This document shows, one piece after another, positions 50,401-64,000 of a stretch of 64,000 bases of DNA (positions within the stretch are counted from its first letter, which is position 1; each line of letters opens with the position of its first letter). Under the pieces are notes generated by a model that had not been told where the DNA came from, made no database searches, and worked only from the letters and a program-made list of their open reading frames with translations. The position numbers were made by a program, and so were the translations under genes. The DNA is from Anthoceros angustus (Eukaryota; Plantae; Anthocerotophyta). The stretch covers positions 645,478 through 709,477 of the forward strand of contig MU008158.1 in assembly GCA_010909165.1 (NCBI GenBank), in the 5' to 3' direction.

Positions 50401-51400
50401 TTTGTACCTCCTTAGTATCAACTTCACACAGTGTAGCGATTCCAACGTTTATCGCCTTAGTCGAGGCAGTTCGTTGTCTTTTGGCCTTGTATGTGGATGA
50501 CGTAATCCTCGCAACCAACGACCAACCGTTATTAGCCGAGGTCAAGACTATGCTTAGCACACGTTTTGATATGAAGGACATCGGTGAACTCGAGTTACAT
50601 TTGGGAATCGAGATCACGAGGTTAGGCAAGAAGGGCTGCTAATCATACACCGGCACAAGTACATAGGAGATATCCTCCGTAAGTTCAAGATGGATCAAGC
50701 TAGACCGGCAACAACACCCTTCGCTACGGTGATAAACACGATGAACAATGCCCACGGTCAAGCGAGACATGATGGAAATGAAGGACATCCCTTACAGGCA
50801 TCTTGTAGGAAGTCTTATTTTGCCAATTGGGAGACCGGACATCGATTATCTTTGTAAGCCTTGTTTCGATTCCTTGACGACTGGCAAAGCCCTTGGCGAT
50901 TAAAAGTTTTCGTTAAGGGCTGAACAACAAGTTTATTCTACAAAGTTCGAGGCAAGGTAAGTTAACCTTGGAGGGTACGGATGGCCCATTGGGCATCGGA
51001 TTTTCGGAAAAGCCTCTCCACCTCTTGCTTCATGTCTTCATGATGGTGGCTGGTCATGTAAAGCGATCGTCCATCGCTTTATCTTCTCTGAGGTGAGTAT
51101 AAGTCACTCACGGATGCCTCTAAGGAAGCCGAATGGGAGCAGCGGTTTTCAAAGACCTCGACCAAGAGGCGGTGCCTTACACTTTGTGACAACATGTCGG
51201 TGCTTGGTGGCTAACCCTAGGTTCCATGCACGAACAAAGCACATAGAAATCCAACATCACTATGTGAGATGTAGTGGAAAGAGGGGTTGTAAAGTTGACT
51301 ATACTAGCAGCGAGAATGTGGGTGATATCCTCACCAAAACTGCCCAAGTATAAGCACTATAAACACCTAGCAGCCTAGGGCTGGAATTACTCTGCCTACT
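47415..51400 (+). pseudogene. copia-3 gag-pol (heavily frameshifted)
   Basis: LKEKDRFNGTKYPVWKVRMK, WYLDSG, LELVHLDI, YKARLVARGFTQ, CIYGLKQSGRVW, YVDD and FHARTKHIEIQHHYVR. Confidence 0.9.
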
Positions 51401-52144
51401 TTCATGACACGAGTTGAGTACTTATCTGGAAGGTGGGGGTGGGAACCCGAAGGTTCCCGGTGTTGTATTGGTGTAGGCGCGTCTTTTTTGCACTTAGGAC
51501 TACACAACACCACGTCGGAGGGAGTCTTAGCCAGGGCAGTGAACACATGTAGGGACAGTCCAAGGTTCGGATGAAGCTCACAGAACTAATCGCCTTGTCT
51601 TGCTCCGTGCTCACGGCGGGTTTTGTATCCTGCTCCTCTTTGCTGGTGGTAATGGCACACTCTAGCTGAGTGGTCTCGGCTAGCTATCACTGCCCAGCCC
51701 CTCGGCCTAGCGGCAAGGATGGCGCGTGACTTTGAGCGATACTCGAGCGCTGTGCTCGAGCCTTCTCCGCTACCTCGAGCCTTTGCCGTTGGGTATGGTG
51801 TCACGCAGGAGGTCATTCACCCTGTTCACTAGTTCGCGAGGCGGGACTCCCATGACTTCGCGCCTGGTTGCTGACCATGTTTCTTTTCTCTCTTCCTCTT
51901 TTCGTGCTGCACCTCTAGCTCGTAGATCGTGCCCCCGCGTGTCTTCATCACCGTCGGCTGTAGAGCGGCTGGGGGGTGCGCAAGAAGGAGAGGCCATCGG
52001 TGGCGGTCAGTAGAGTAGGGCGTAATGAAGACTTCCATCATTGTGCCTTTTGTAGTCTCTCCTCACATCGAAATGGGCGTTAGCGGGAGTTCTGGCCGTG
52101 TGAACCACGCTTATGTATTAACCTAGTAGGTGCTTTAGAGGGAG

Positions 52145-52306
52145 TGTTGAGATAAAAGCCGACCTCTGGTTAAGTAGTCTAACTAGGGTTAGGAGAAATG
52201 TGGTTAGTTGGTCAAGTATAAAAGGGCACATACACTATGTTATTTTTCGCTTTTCTATTATGTAAAGTCTGCTTTTGTTTTTACATCTCTGATTAGAAAA
52301 CCAACA
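52145..52306 (+). repeat. copia-3 3' LTR
   Basis: Canonical TGTTG...CAACA ends, an internal TATAAA, and a PPT immediately upstream. Confidence 0.8.
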
Positions 52307-52846
52307 GATTATCACCAAGGTGATTCACCTTGGTGAGCATGTTCCAATGGACAATGACCTTAGCCACTGATAGTCACGCCTATCCGGCGAGGTCGACATC
52401 GACCCGACCCGTTGGGCGACCCGTTGAGTCCGACCTCGGCCTCGCCTTCGCCGCTTCTACCTTCCCCCTCACCTTGAGGGGCTCCGGGACTACACCCCCA
52501 ATTTCCTCCACCAGGCGGTTGTAAACCGCCCTCAGGACCTCCACGGTCCACCTCCTTGGGTCCTCCCTCAAGCTTTTGGAGCGGACCTCCTTGTTGGCGA
52601 CAGCCAGCATCTTCCTGGCGTATTCCGTGATAAGTGTGACGTTGTCAAACGTCCAAACCGCGCTGAAGATGTCCAGGTGCCATTTCTCCACCAAGTCCTC
52701 TGCCTCCTCGGCCCGAGTGCAGTCGGGTATCTCACGTGACAATGTTGCGCTCCACCGGAGCCGGGCTCCCCGGACCTCCTTGACCTTCTTGGGTCCCATC
52801 GCCGGTCCTTCTTGCCTTGTTGGCTGTTGGCGATTATTGGTATTGT
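52307..52846 (-). mobile_element. Family C accessory ORF N-terminus (MGPKKVKEV...)
   Basis: Homologous to 13758-14210. Confidence 0.8.
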
Positions 52847-54400
52847 TGTGTGGAGGCGGATCCCGAAACTCAAGAGATTCACCCTCTGGTGGCCACACTT
52901 ATCCCTTTGTCGCTAAGTACAATAGGTTTCGTCCCATGAGACTCTTGTTTGTCGGTCACCAGCATCCAAGGCACAAACCACACCTCTTCACACCCCAAGC
53001 TCCCTCACACGGTGGAGCAACTCAACTCACTCCACAGACGGCCACCACGCCTCACCGCTCGTCAGTCAATCGCTTCTAGACCTACCTGGACACCCTCGAC
53101 TATAGGTCCACACCCCACGGCAGAGTCGGTGAGCTACATCGTAGGGACCCCCTACGCGTTGCAGACTTCACCACCCCGTGATCTTCCACTATTCCTTTCC
53201 CATCGCCTTCCCACAATTGGCACATCCTCAACCACCAACTCGGCGCGCGCTCCCTTTGCTCATCGAATCGCCGCCTCGGACCTACAACCAACAACAATTG
53301 TAGGGCCTACCTCCTACCACTTGTAGGAGAGTTGTAGGAGATCTAGTGCCGTGGGCGGCCACACCCTCATTCCTCGGAGAGACACCCCTATCCCAGCACG
53401 CAGGCGCATCCTACCGGTGAGTCGCTGGCGGTGAATGTTACCTCGCCCTAGTTCAAGGCCTCTCCAACTTCAGGCCCCAGGCGCTCCACTACAACTGGCG
53501 CGCCACAAAACTCCCTGGCAGCAGCCACGACACCTCGCCGCTCCGGATCTCTCGCTCACGGACCTACAACGACATCCTACATCTGGGTCCCGCCCTCTGA
53601 CAGTAGGTCCACCGCTCGCACATAGGGACCCCCTACGGCGTGCGACCTCCACCCCGTGATTTTGAGACCTTAGCCTTCCGGTCTCGGTTTGGTGCAGTTG
53701 GGACCCTCCCTTAGGCTCGACTTGGGCCTTCTTCTTACTCCTAATCTCTACCTACTCCTCTACTCAACATTCAGCTCCACATTCTCCTCAACACTCACCT
53801 CAACTCAACTCCTCATCCTCCTAATCTAACCTTACTTCAAGCTCAGCCCTAGCTCGCCCTTACGCTGGCACAGTGCGCCTACAAGCCAACAAGTTCTTCC
53901 TTGGGCGGTTGCTATGAGTTTGCACAGGCCGAGAACCTCCGTCTTTCCACTGTAGTCTACCCTCAAGCCGAGAGTTCCTTGGGCATCGCCACACACCCAA
54001 AGCAAAGCAATTTCACGGCAACCATTCACAAGGAGCAACTGCGGGCGCCAAGGAGCGAGCCCTCCCCAAGCACTCCGACCACCGCAAACTCCTCTCTACC
54101 GGACCTTTGGCTTCAGCGGCACAAAAATTCCTTCACAAAGCAAAGGACTCGCGAGTTTGGGAGGCAGGCGATAATTTTACTTCACAAGCTCCTCCTTTTA
54201 TGGAGGTCCTCACATACACCTCCCAGCGCGCCCTCCAGCCTGCCTCACTCCTTATTCTAGTGTATCCCTGTTAGACTTTAAGTTCGACATCCAAGCATCT
54301 TGGGTAAAATTCTATTCTAGCAACTTCTATGTGGCTCTGTCAACATTCCTATCTAGCTAGTCAACACACCCTCTTTGGGTTGACAAGCATTAATACTGTC
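52847..54400 (-). repeat. Family B 3' LTR (shares blocks with the family A LTR)
   Basis: 53830-54330 is homologous to 28480-29000. The right boundary is approximate. Confidence 0.7.
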
Positions 54401-57400
54401 CTCCTCTAAAGAAAGTCTCCCCAAGCAATGAGCCCACTCCAAGCTACCACCAACCTCTTCAATTACCTCTAGATCGTCGCCGCAGTGATCCTACGGATGT
54501 AGGGCCACCCTCTACACCTCCTACGGACGTGGGGTCAACCTTCTTATGGCCCTACCGCCTCCACGCTCTCCAAGAAGGTCTCCCGTGGCGGATCTTGCTC
54601 CATGCCTTCCTCTTCCTCCTCCAGTCATCCTCTCACCTTCCATATATGTGTTGGGCTGTCCGGCCTGGATGTCCTTGCATCCCTATTCTCCGTTCCTCAA
54701 TTCCTCTCCACCTCCCTAACCAACTTGCCCTTCTTAGGTGCAGCGCTTTCACCATCTTGTACCTTCAAAATAAGCGCACAAACAAGCTTGGGCACCCCCT
54801 CGTTTCCACCTAGTTGTCACCTCGGTGTCTACACACAATTTATTTCTTCCACACAAAATCCACCAAGAGAGCAACTTCAGCCCTTTTCCACTTACTTCCT
54901 CTTCACTCCACGGTCCCACCTAGCTCAAACTTGATGTCCTCACACGCAACTCCTTATGCGCCCAAATCCCTCACTTGCAAGGTCCTAGGCACAAAAATTC
55001 AGCTCCGCCCTCTTCACATTGTGCTTCAAATCCTTCACACACAACTCCTTATGCACACCTCCTTCTCCTTGCACACACACATGGGCTCAGCGTTCTCACC
55101 AAGTCCTTGCTCTAGCTTTGCATGCACAAGCTCTTCCTCATTCCTCGCTTCCTAGGTGCCACTCCCTACACACCCATGGCCCTTTGGTAGTGTGCACTCT
55201 TGATATAGGCCGATTCCTTGCCATGGTGCCACTCCTCACCCCCTTGCATGGCCCACTACACCCTACCTACCCACATATTTGTATTATTATTCCTAATATA
55301 TCCTATTTATCCTTCCTACAGCCTCTTTGCCTTCCTAGGGTACCTTGTATAAGCTTGCAGTATCCAAGTAGGTGTCCCCCTCCCTACGTAGGGACCTCAC
55401 CTCCTACGGTGGGAGTCCTATTACCTACCCTAGGGGAGTCCTGCCACCTACATCCTACCCTACACCTGTCACCCTACATACTACACATCTCTGCCCTTTG
55501 CCCCTACTTGTGGACCGCACCATCCTACCCCACACATACATAGGGGATGCCCTGTAGGTGTCATATACCCTCGTGCACCGTGCACCTTACACACGGGACC
55601 CTCGCCTACACCTCCGTGGGTGCACCTCCCTCCCTCGTGGGGTGCCATGCCTCGTCCCTACCACCTACACCTCCTCCGGCGTGGGGTGCACCACCCCCAC
55701 TCTCCCAATTAGTTCCCATGTGACCACCAAATATAACACCTCACACAAAAGGCACCCCATCTCTCATCTGATCCACCCCTACGCTTAACTTTGGGTTCTT
55801 ACACTTCACTATCCAACACACCAAATTGGCTACACTCAACTGAATAAAGCGGATTTATTCCCTGAACTCCTCACGCCTCAACAACATCTCGTATCAACCC
55901 TCCTTGCTACCCATTCTCCTCGCGGCCACCACGGCCTCCCTTCACTTTGACTTGCAGCCCCATTGCAAATTCCGCCGTCATGATGCACACCGTTGTGATC
56001 CCTTCACCATGTTGCCACACGCCTTCCTATGGTTTGGCCACACCTCCATCTTGCAGCCCCTACAAATTCAGCCCGTGAGTGCTCTACCACGGCCTTTCCT
56101 AGTTCAACACGGCCCTATCATGCCATCCTCACATCGTGACTCCATTGAGCACTTCCATGTGCCTCGGCACCGCCATAGCCTCCTCAACCCTTGTGGCTGC
56201 TCACTCAACATGAGCTCCTCGCTCCCATCCTTGCACCTGCTCCTCTCGCATCTTGAGCTCCCAACCTAGAGCCCACAGATCTGCACAATTCCACCATTAC
56301 GGGCACTTGGCCCATCTTCCTGCAGCAACCCTTGCCACATCTCTACCTAGCAGTCCTCCCCTTGCAAAATCTCTCATATGAGCACACGCCCATGTCTCAC
56401 TTCTTCACACATGTGGCAAATTACTTTGCCTTCCTCAAACTTGGTGGTGGTCCCCAATAATCAGGCCTTTGCCTCTGCAAGCCTATCAACACTACTTGTG
56501 CAACCTCAAGCTACTTCCTTGGCTTAATTGCCTTCACCCTTTTCCCCGTGGTAGGAGCTACTCCCCCGGTGGGTCATCAAAAGCTAGCTGGGCCGCTTAC
56601 CTACGGTGGTGGGACATTCTCCTACCCATACCTATGGGGTAGGAGTTCTCTCCACTTAGCCTACCGTGGTAGGAGTTTCTCCTGGTGGTAGGATACCTCC
56701 TACCAGTGGGACATCTCTCGTTCACATATGTCTCCTACCCTCCTCACTAGAAGGTCATTTTGATCCGTTTCTTTTCCCTAAGTATCCTCTCTTTCGGCAT
56801 CCTACACTCCGGCTTCAATCGAACAAAAACATTTCTCATGTTTCCACCAAACCATTTCTATCAAAAGCATTCGGACTGTTCAAAAACAACTCACTTAAAC
56901 TTGCTTGCCCAAACTTTTGCGTTCCACATACTCCCTCCTCACTGTTGCGTCCTCGCAAACAACGAATCTCAGTGAAGGTGCTTCTTAACCTTCCACCCAT
57001 TCACTCTAGTTGGTAAATCCCCATCCGGCACTGCGTAATTGCGGATCCATTCTCATACGCCACCACCTCATAAGGTCCCATCCATCTCAACCTAAGCTTC
57101 CTAGGAAATCCATATAGACTATCATATAGAAGAACCAAATCCCCCCATGATAGCTTGCTTCCTCAACTTCCCATCATGCCTCTCCTTTCTAAGCTCACGA
57201 ATTATGGGTTTCTTCTAAAGCCTCTTCCCTACGTTCCTCATGCTCTATGAAAGACTCTAGTCTAACTTCGACTCTCCTCTCTGCATCGCTCATCCTCCAT
57301 GATTCTATAGGTAGGTACCTCAAATTCAATGGGCATCACGGAGACATCATATGTTAAATAATGAGTCTTCTTGGTAGTCACTTTCTCCGCTTTCTGTAAG

Positions 57401-60400
57401 CCCACAATGCCACATCTAAGATCTTCTTCACCGTGATTTACAATAATGGCCTCCAACCTCTTACGCATGCAAAGCTTCTTTAAGAAGCTTCCTTCCTTCA
57501 AACAACGTCGGATCTTCTCATCCAAACCAAGCTTGTATAAGACCCCATCTCTTAGACAATAAGGCCGACTCTAGGGAGAAAGACAGCACGCCCTTCCCTA
57601 GACAAACTATCCGGCATGATTCCGTGCTCCAAGAAATTTCATACCTCACCATTCAATAACGTGGACATGGAGTCCTTCACGTTCTAACCTCCTCTTCCCA
57701 TGCACTTTTCGCCACTTCCCTACCTCGCCCAAGCGGACAGGGGCGTAGGCAGCCATGTACATTATGACCCGTGGGCCGCTCCTTGCATCGGCGCTGCGGT
57801 ATCACGCTGCGGTCGTCAACTTGCTCTTCTTGCAGCGGTGGTCATGATAACCTTAGGCTCGGCCCGAGAGCTCGCTCCTCGACAATACTCTCGACATGCC
57901 GTACCTCCACAAAAGTGGCTTCCTTGCCGCCCATGAATTCGCCAATTCCTTTTCTGCGGTTTTCCTCCCCTTGGATCGGTTTCTTCACGCTCCTTTCCAT
58001 GCACACCATCCTCGAGCCGTCCCTACTCCGAGGCTCCATCATCTCTTCCCACACCGCCATGTGTGGGAGTCCCTCCGATTTCTCCGTTTTCTCTTCTCCT
58101 TGCCAACCGTGGCCTCCACTTGCAGCCCTCTTGTTGCTCACCCTTTCTCTCCTCGAATCCCCAATTCATTAGGTTGGCATCTCTGCACAAAACTCCCTTC
58201 ACGGATCCTTGGCTTTCTAACGGCATCAAGACTTGCTCTTGACCTCTAGGCCAGCCACGCCTTGCTTGTTTCCATCTAGCTTGTTCACGGTGGATGTTGG
58301 TGCTTGTGGCCACAACCCGCCTTCAACTCGGCTCACAAAACTAGCTTCTCCACCGTCGATCTGCGGCATCATGCCAGTCGTGGACTGCATCATCGGTACA
58401 CCATCTCCCGACCTTCTAGACTCATGTCTAGCCCTAGATCGCGCTCTAGCAGCGATCTCCTTACGTTCTGCGTTTCACGGCAATTTCCAATCGACCGTGG
58501 TGGTCGTCCTTCTTGCAATTCCACTTTGCAAGCATATCTTGAGGTGTGATTTCTCCACAATCCTCCTTCATACACATCACCATAGAGCCATCCTCGCTCC
58601 TGGGCTCTAGCGCGCTCCTCGGCACCATTTTTGTGCCACTTCTCCTTCCTCCAAATTGCGATTTCTTATTTCTCCATCATCCTTGCCACCATCGTGGCCT
58701 CTGCTAGCTCGCTTACCAGCAGACCCGTTGTTGCCGGCATGCTCAACCTCATTCACAAAACCGTTTCCTCCTGCTTTGCCAATCGCAAGTTTTCGGCTTG
58801 CGGTCCGTTTTCTCCCTTCCAACCAAGTTCCGATTTCCTCCCTTCTTGTTGGCCTAGCCTCATGTCCAGGTCAGATCGTGCTCCCATGGCGACCTCCTCG
58901 CCTTGCTGCACCTCCATGGTGAATTTTTTGGTGATTGCCCAGATCGCCAACTCTCCCCTTGCGGTTTACGCTCAAACTTTTCATGAAGCGCATCTCCTCC
59001 TTCGCCCCTCGTGTCCACCTCCCTAGGGCCTTCTCCTCCTCGCGGCCTCATGGCGCAGCCCGACCTCGCCAAGTGGGCGCCTTCCTGCTCAAAAGCGGTG
59101 CTCTCATGTCGTTTTGCTTCTTTCTTTGCCATCGTGATGGCCTCCACTTGCAGCCCTCACTGCTCACCCTTGAGGATCATTTCAGCCTCCTCCTCGCGCC
59201 ATGCTGGCGCCCTCTTATCCTCTCTCGGTTCCAGTTGTCCTGCTGCGCTTTTCTGCTCCTTCTTGCTCATTTGGCTGGCAACAAGTCTTGCTGATCAATC
59301 CTTAGGCTGTCTACAACATGCTCATCCTCCCGACCCAGTGGCAACCAACTCCTCGTCGGAAATCGGTCATCATGGCCTCAAGTCGTTCTCCGGTTTTCGG
59401 TCGAAAAATAAAACTTTTCATTCACATGTTGCTCCCCCAACTTCTTCAACTCTACCATCTCCTCTACACCTAGGTACTTAGAAATCCTTGCCTTACGGAC
59501 TCTAGCTCTCGTCTTCTATAGCATCATACATTCCCTCCGAACTTCTCGAACTTTTATCGGAAAAGGTCACTCCTTGGCGGACGTGGTGGTACTCTCTTGA
59601 AGTAACCATAAATCCCTCTACATAATCATACAAAGACTCCCCTCTTCCTTGCGAGTTCTCAACGGACCAACATGTGATCTCGTTTCTTCTCCCCAAATCT
59701 CACATCTGCTGGCGGTGTGGGGTGGTGACTCCACCACCTCCTTCCTCCTATCATGGTCAAGGGCGTCCACAAAACCATGGGCACACCTCCCAGCAATTCC
59801 ACCAATCTTGGCGAACAAATGCTGCTGCGCGGATGTACTATACACAGACTTGGGCACACAAGCGCCTCGATCCTCCTAACAAGCAAGGTTGAAAGGGCAG
59901 CAAGTTGGGCAATAATTCGATCAAGACCTTGCGAAATATCGGTAGTTAGATTTCCAACTTCTCCTTTGCCAAATCTCACCCTCTTGCCCGACAAAATCGA
60001 GCTAGAAGAGCTCAACAATCCCGAAAAAGTCCTCCTCTTGCGAGAGCGGAAGATGTACCTTGAAATTACGGCTCGTTCTTGACCCTCACCCTTGATCGGC
60101 AACTCCTCGGCAACAACCTCCTTCCTCTTGTTGTCCGTGAGCACAACCTCCTCCTCCTCTTAGACAACTACCTCTTCTTCCTCAACGGAACCCTTGAAAA
60201 TGTTAGCACATGTAGCTTCCTCTGAGAGTTCTCTCCTCCGCTTCTTCCTTTGCACATCAGCTAAGCTTTCTTCATGCACATGATTTCTCCATTCAGTTCA
60301 CAAATCCCTTGCAGACAAAGAGGGTGATCTCCTCTCAACTCCTACCACGAAAATTACTTCCTCCCTCCCACTAGACTTACGCAAGCACGCTCACCCTCAA

Positions 60401-61800
60401 CACACAACTATCAAGCAAATCCCCTCCTACTCTGTTCCACTCATGTTGCTTGGTCCAGATGAGCTAGGCGAACTCACACTCCCCTCTCCTGCAGTAAATT
60501 CTCCAACCAAAGTTCTCTGCAGAAAGGGTGTCACAAAGATTGGGGACGGTTGTGGGATGGTGTCTCCCTAGGTGTCGTCCCAAGGCGTGAGCTGAGCGGT
60601 GATTCTATCAAGGTGCTCCGAGATCTTGAGACCACGCACGAAATTCCCCACGCTCACCCACCTTCTTCACTTTGTTGGAAGTTGAGCTAGATCCACCACT
60701 CGAAGGTCCAGCGTTGAGAAGTGCTGGTAGCTGAATTTGAATCGCACTCAAGAAATGGTGCCTCCTCCTCGCTTTCCTCTTCATACACTCCTCTTCAACC
60801 TCCTTTGTTTCACTTGTCGGTGATTTTGGCGTCCCTTCTCCGGAAGCGTTTTCTGCTGGATCACTTGGCTCCCCTTGCAAGCAGGGGCAAAAGCAGCCTC
60901 CTCCTTGAGCGCCCTTCTCCTCCTCCACCCTAAGAGGCAGGTTGCAAGCATCAAGAAGAATTTTCCTCTACGCTGTATGACATGCACTGGCAGTGTGGAG
61001 TCTTGATGTCGAGCTGCATGCTTGGGAAAGACATGATAATGGCTAAGATTCCAGCTTGTACTCTCTGTTGTAAGTAGCAGGCAGCATATGGTGTGAAGGT
61101 GGTCACAGTCGTCAAATCAGGGCCGGTGGGGGCTGCTTGGAGTTTGGAGCCTAGTATGTATTGAGAGGAAGATACCATTGTGAGGTTCCACTTCCCTTGC
61201 GCTTAAGATGAGTCGAAAGAGCCAAGGCCACGTGGTGCTTCCACATTGCCTTTGATCTGCCATTGTCTCATGCAATTGATTTCTTCTTGTCTCGGATCTG
61301 CGATAACGATGTAGTGGGGTGACCTCCTCTGGCTTTCTCCTCGTCCCCTCCTCGCTGAACATGCGCATGCAAGCGTCCTCATAGCCTCCAACACACGATG
61401 GTCAAAGAAAAAAATCAGCCAGCCCGGGCTCGTTTTGGCTTTTGGCTTCGCAGAAACACAAATCACACCATTGGGAAGGCGTGAGCTCTCTCTGCCAACG
61501 CACGTGGGTTCCGTGGACGTAGAGGCTTCTTCCTAAGACCCCGCTCCACCTCCTTACAAGATCTTCTCGGCTCTTACTGCAAGCCTAGGCTAGCAGAAAT
61601 CTCAAAATTTAAACCTTGGATTCGACAACAAGTCCCAAGCAATGGCATATTCAAAATGTGGGAGGCGCCGGATCCGGGGCTCGAGATTCACCCTCTAGGT
61701 GGCACACTTATCCACTTGTCGCTAATCACAGTACAATAGGTTTCGTCTCATGAGACATCTACTTGTTTGTCGTGTCACCTGACATCAAGGCGCTGAAACC
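52847..61800 (-). mobile_element. Ty3/gypsy family B element, decayed, with no recognisable RT
   Basis: The 3' LTR starts at 52847, and the 5' LTR runs from 61657 and is truncated. Both begin TGTG.GGAGGCG..GATCC..GAGATTCACCCTCT. An integrase remnant at about 57000-57650 reads LRDGVLYKLG..KIRRCL, VMPIEFEVPT and FPRKLRLRWMGPY. Gag-like sequence lies at about 57800-60200. Confidence 0.75.
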
Positions 61801-61809
61801 ACTGCTATG

Positions 61810-64000
61810 GGATCTTGTGGGAGGCGTAGAGGATGTCCGGGGATGAGAAACAGGTCAAAATGACCCTAAATAGATATGAAGATAGCTTAAGTGGCGGTCG
61901 GTGTGAGACTACCAGTAGGGTCGCCCCTCACCAGGTGAGTCGAGAAGAAGCTACTAGAGTAGTCGCGGGTGGCCGGACTACCACGGTGAGGCCTACCTAA
62001 ATCTCGATTAAAAGGAAATTAGGATAGGGGATATCCACTATATATATGCTCACCAATAGGAGATAAATATATAGAGTAATTAGCAAGCGATTAATTAGCG
62101 ATAGCGGATGATACCGGGCATAAAGTAAGCCGATTTAGATAGAAGTTGGTAATTTAGAATGATGAACCCGGAAATACTAGGGTTGTGGAAAGCCTCAGGT
62201 AGCAATCATCGAGAAGGAAGGCAAAGTGCAGCTTTGGGCAACACCAACTTTCTCTCCAGACCAGGCGGCTTCGCCATAGCAATTTGTTTGGAGCGTAATA
62301 GGGAAGCGCCAAAGAAGAAGAAGGAAGGGAGGCTACAAATGCCTCTTGCTGCCGCGAACTCATGCAACAAAGGGAGGACGCCAAGACGAGCTGAAATGTC
62401 ACAACAGAGAGGAAACCCTAGCTAGGCTAAGGGAAGAAGCATAAAGGAGGCGAGGCACTAAAAAGCGCTCTAGGAACGGCCGAGGAGCTTACCGGACAGC
62501 ATCGAGGTGGCGGTGAGCTGCGGTCTACAGTGCTGGGCAAATCTGGAGGGGCGATGGCAGGAGGCGCCAAGTCGGAGCGCATGTGATCTCGCGATGTGGA
62601 AGGAAGGGCGCTAGGAGGAATATCACGACACCTCGGCGCGACACTGCCTTACCAGAGGAGGAAGAACCACGAAGAGGAGGTTGGCGTGAATATTTGGAGA
62701 ACTCGAGCTGTGTATAACGTGTGTGTTGCGGTATGCGGTGTTGTTAATCCTGGCTGGAAGTGTAGGGCAGAGAGGGCACGGGCGCAGCAATGGAGGCGGT
62801 CAGGCCGAAATTGGAAGGAAGGGCTGAAGGAAGGCGCAAGTCACTCAGGCGAGGCGCCCTCGCGTTGAAGAAAAAGGAGGGAAGAAGCTGGTGGGAAGCA
62901 AACCCGGTGAGGCATAACCTTGAATTTTGTGATAAGGGGTTGCTTTCCACAAAGGGTGTTTCTTGGTGAGGCACTAGAAGCCGAGAGAACTCAGCACTTG
63001 GGAGTAATTCCACTCCCTAGCAACATTTGGGAAGAACGCCACCATGCCTCGAGAAGGAAAGAGCAAGGGAAGGAACCACTGCCAAAGGTTCCTCCTCGCA
63101 AGAGGAGGAAAAGGAAGAAGGCGGCGTGAGGTTGGGCCGCCGAGGAGGTGGTCGAGATGCCCCAATTCACTGTTTTGCGGGCAGCTCAATCCCATGATTT
63201 GGTCGATTTCCGGCAATGGGCGAGAAAGATAACATCCAATTGGGATGGGTGTATAGCGCCAATGGGCCTACACCAATTTGGAATTGATTGAGGTGTTGTC
63301 AACCTCCATCAATGAGCGACCACCATTATGGGAGAAAGCCTGGGAGCGATCCTCGGCTGGCTGAAGATCCAAGCATTCGACAAGTGTATGGAAGGCGGAG
63401 GAGATCCTGGGGCTCTCCTCGAGAGGACAATGGAGGAAGAGGATTGCCCTCTCGAAATTCCATGAGATCCTCGTCATGATGGATGGAGGTGAAGGCCCAT
63501 GCCAAGAATGGCTGGAAAACGGATAGTATCAAGGAGTAGCTCTTTGCAAAAATTGTGTTGGGGTTGGTGAATTACCAAAAGGACTTCTTATTTCCTTTCA
63601 ACTTCCTCCGGTTTTGTGGAAGATTTCAATAGGAGCCAAGCGGATTGGGGACAATCATGTATGCATACCACCACGAGCTCCTTGGGCCAAATTCGTGGAT
63701 GAAGAGGCCAAGGCCACTACTCGGCACCTATTTGGTGCATTTATGGGGAAACGGAGGGACTCTTGACCAGCAAGGAGCTTGAGGATGCTTGGCATCCTTT
63801 GAAATCATCCACCTCCAAGCTTGGAGGCCTCTACCCTTTGAGGAAGACCATGGGAGGCGGACCTCCTAAGCACACGGGACCCGAGTTGAGGGGTGGAGGC
63901 AATAAGGTTGGGGTAGAACCTTTCCCCACAAGAGGGGGGAGGAGAAGAGCAAGATCGAAGGAGGGCCAAGTGGTAGTTTATGAGAAGAACTACCCCAAGG
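61810..64000 (+). mobile_element. Family A fragment, upstream region and extra ORF
   Basis: Homologous to 11700-13140 and inverse of 2150-3700 (QLNPMIW.., YTNLELIE, FAKIVLGLVNYQ). Confidence 0.8.

Larger units (their letters stand above)
47310..52306 (+). mobile_element. Ty1/copia element (copia-3), 5' LTR missing
   Basis: The family C host sequence is contiguous on both sides. Decayed gag-pol, a PPT (TTAGAGGGAG) and a 3' LTR TGTTG...CAACA. Confidence 0.88.

Noticed and set aside
54400-57000. env-like gene in the family B 3' region
   Set aside because: The region is pyrimidine-rich and highly decayed. No signal peptide, transmembrane segment or continuous frame is discernible.
61635-61656. 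PBS next to the family B 5' LTR
   Set aside because: It reads TTTTGAATATGCC on the - strand with no TGG tRNA complement, so it cannot be supported.

Overview
Gene-poor, repeat-saturated eukaryotic DNA, most likely from a land plant and plausibly a non-flowering one (inference from the TE families and an 11S-cupin relic). Nearly all of it is nested, frameshifted transposable elements. These include Ty3/gypsy families A and B (Athila/Tat-like, long LTRs, extra coiled-coil ORF), a third family C (probably also Ty3/gypsy), a Ty3/gypsy element whose integrase ends in a PHD finger, and three Ty1/copia elements. One copia element has AG...CT LTR termini, and at least two carry an antisense ORF in their 3' region. 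The standout is a 9.8-kb DNA transposon at 30105-39924 with 30-bp TIRs and a 4-bp TSD (CTCC). It encodes a decayed Sola1-like (DUF7869-type) DDD transposase on the + strand. On the - strand it carries a divergently oriented gene with a ParB/Srx-like domain followed by a beta-class N4-cytosine/N6-adenine DNA methyltransferase domain. A GCATGC-centred palindrome recurs through the element. The only host-type gene seen is a relic of an 11S globulin (legumin-like) cupin domain at about 3710-4240. All domain calls come from manual motif reading across frameshifts; no searches were run, and boundaries not defined by termini are approximate.
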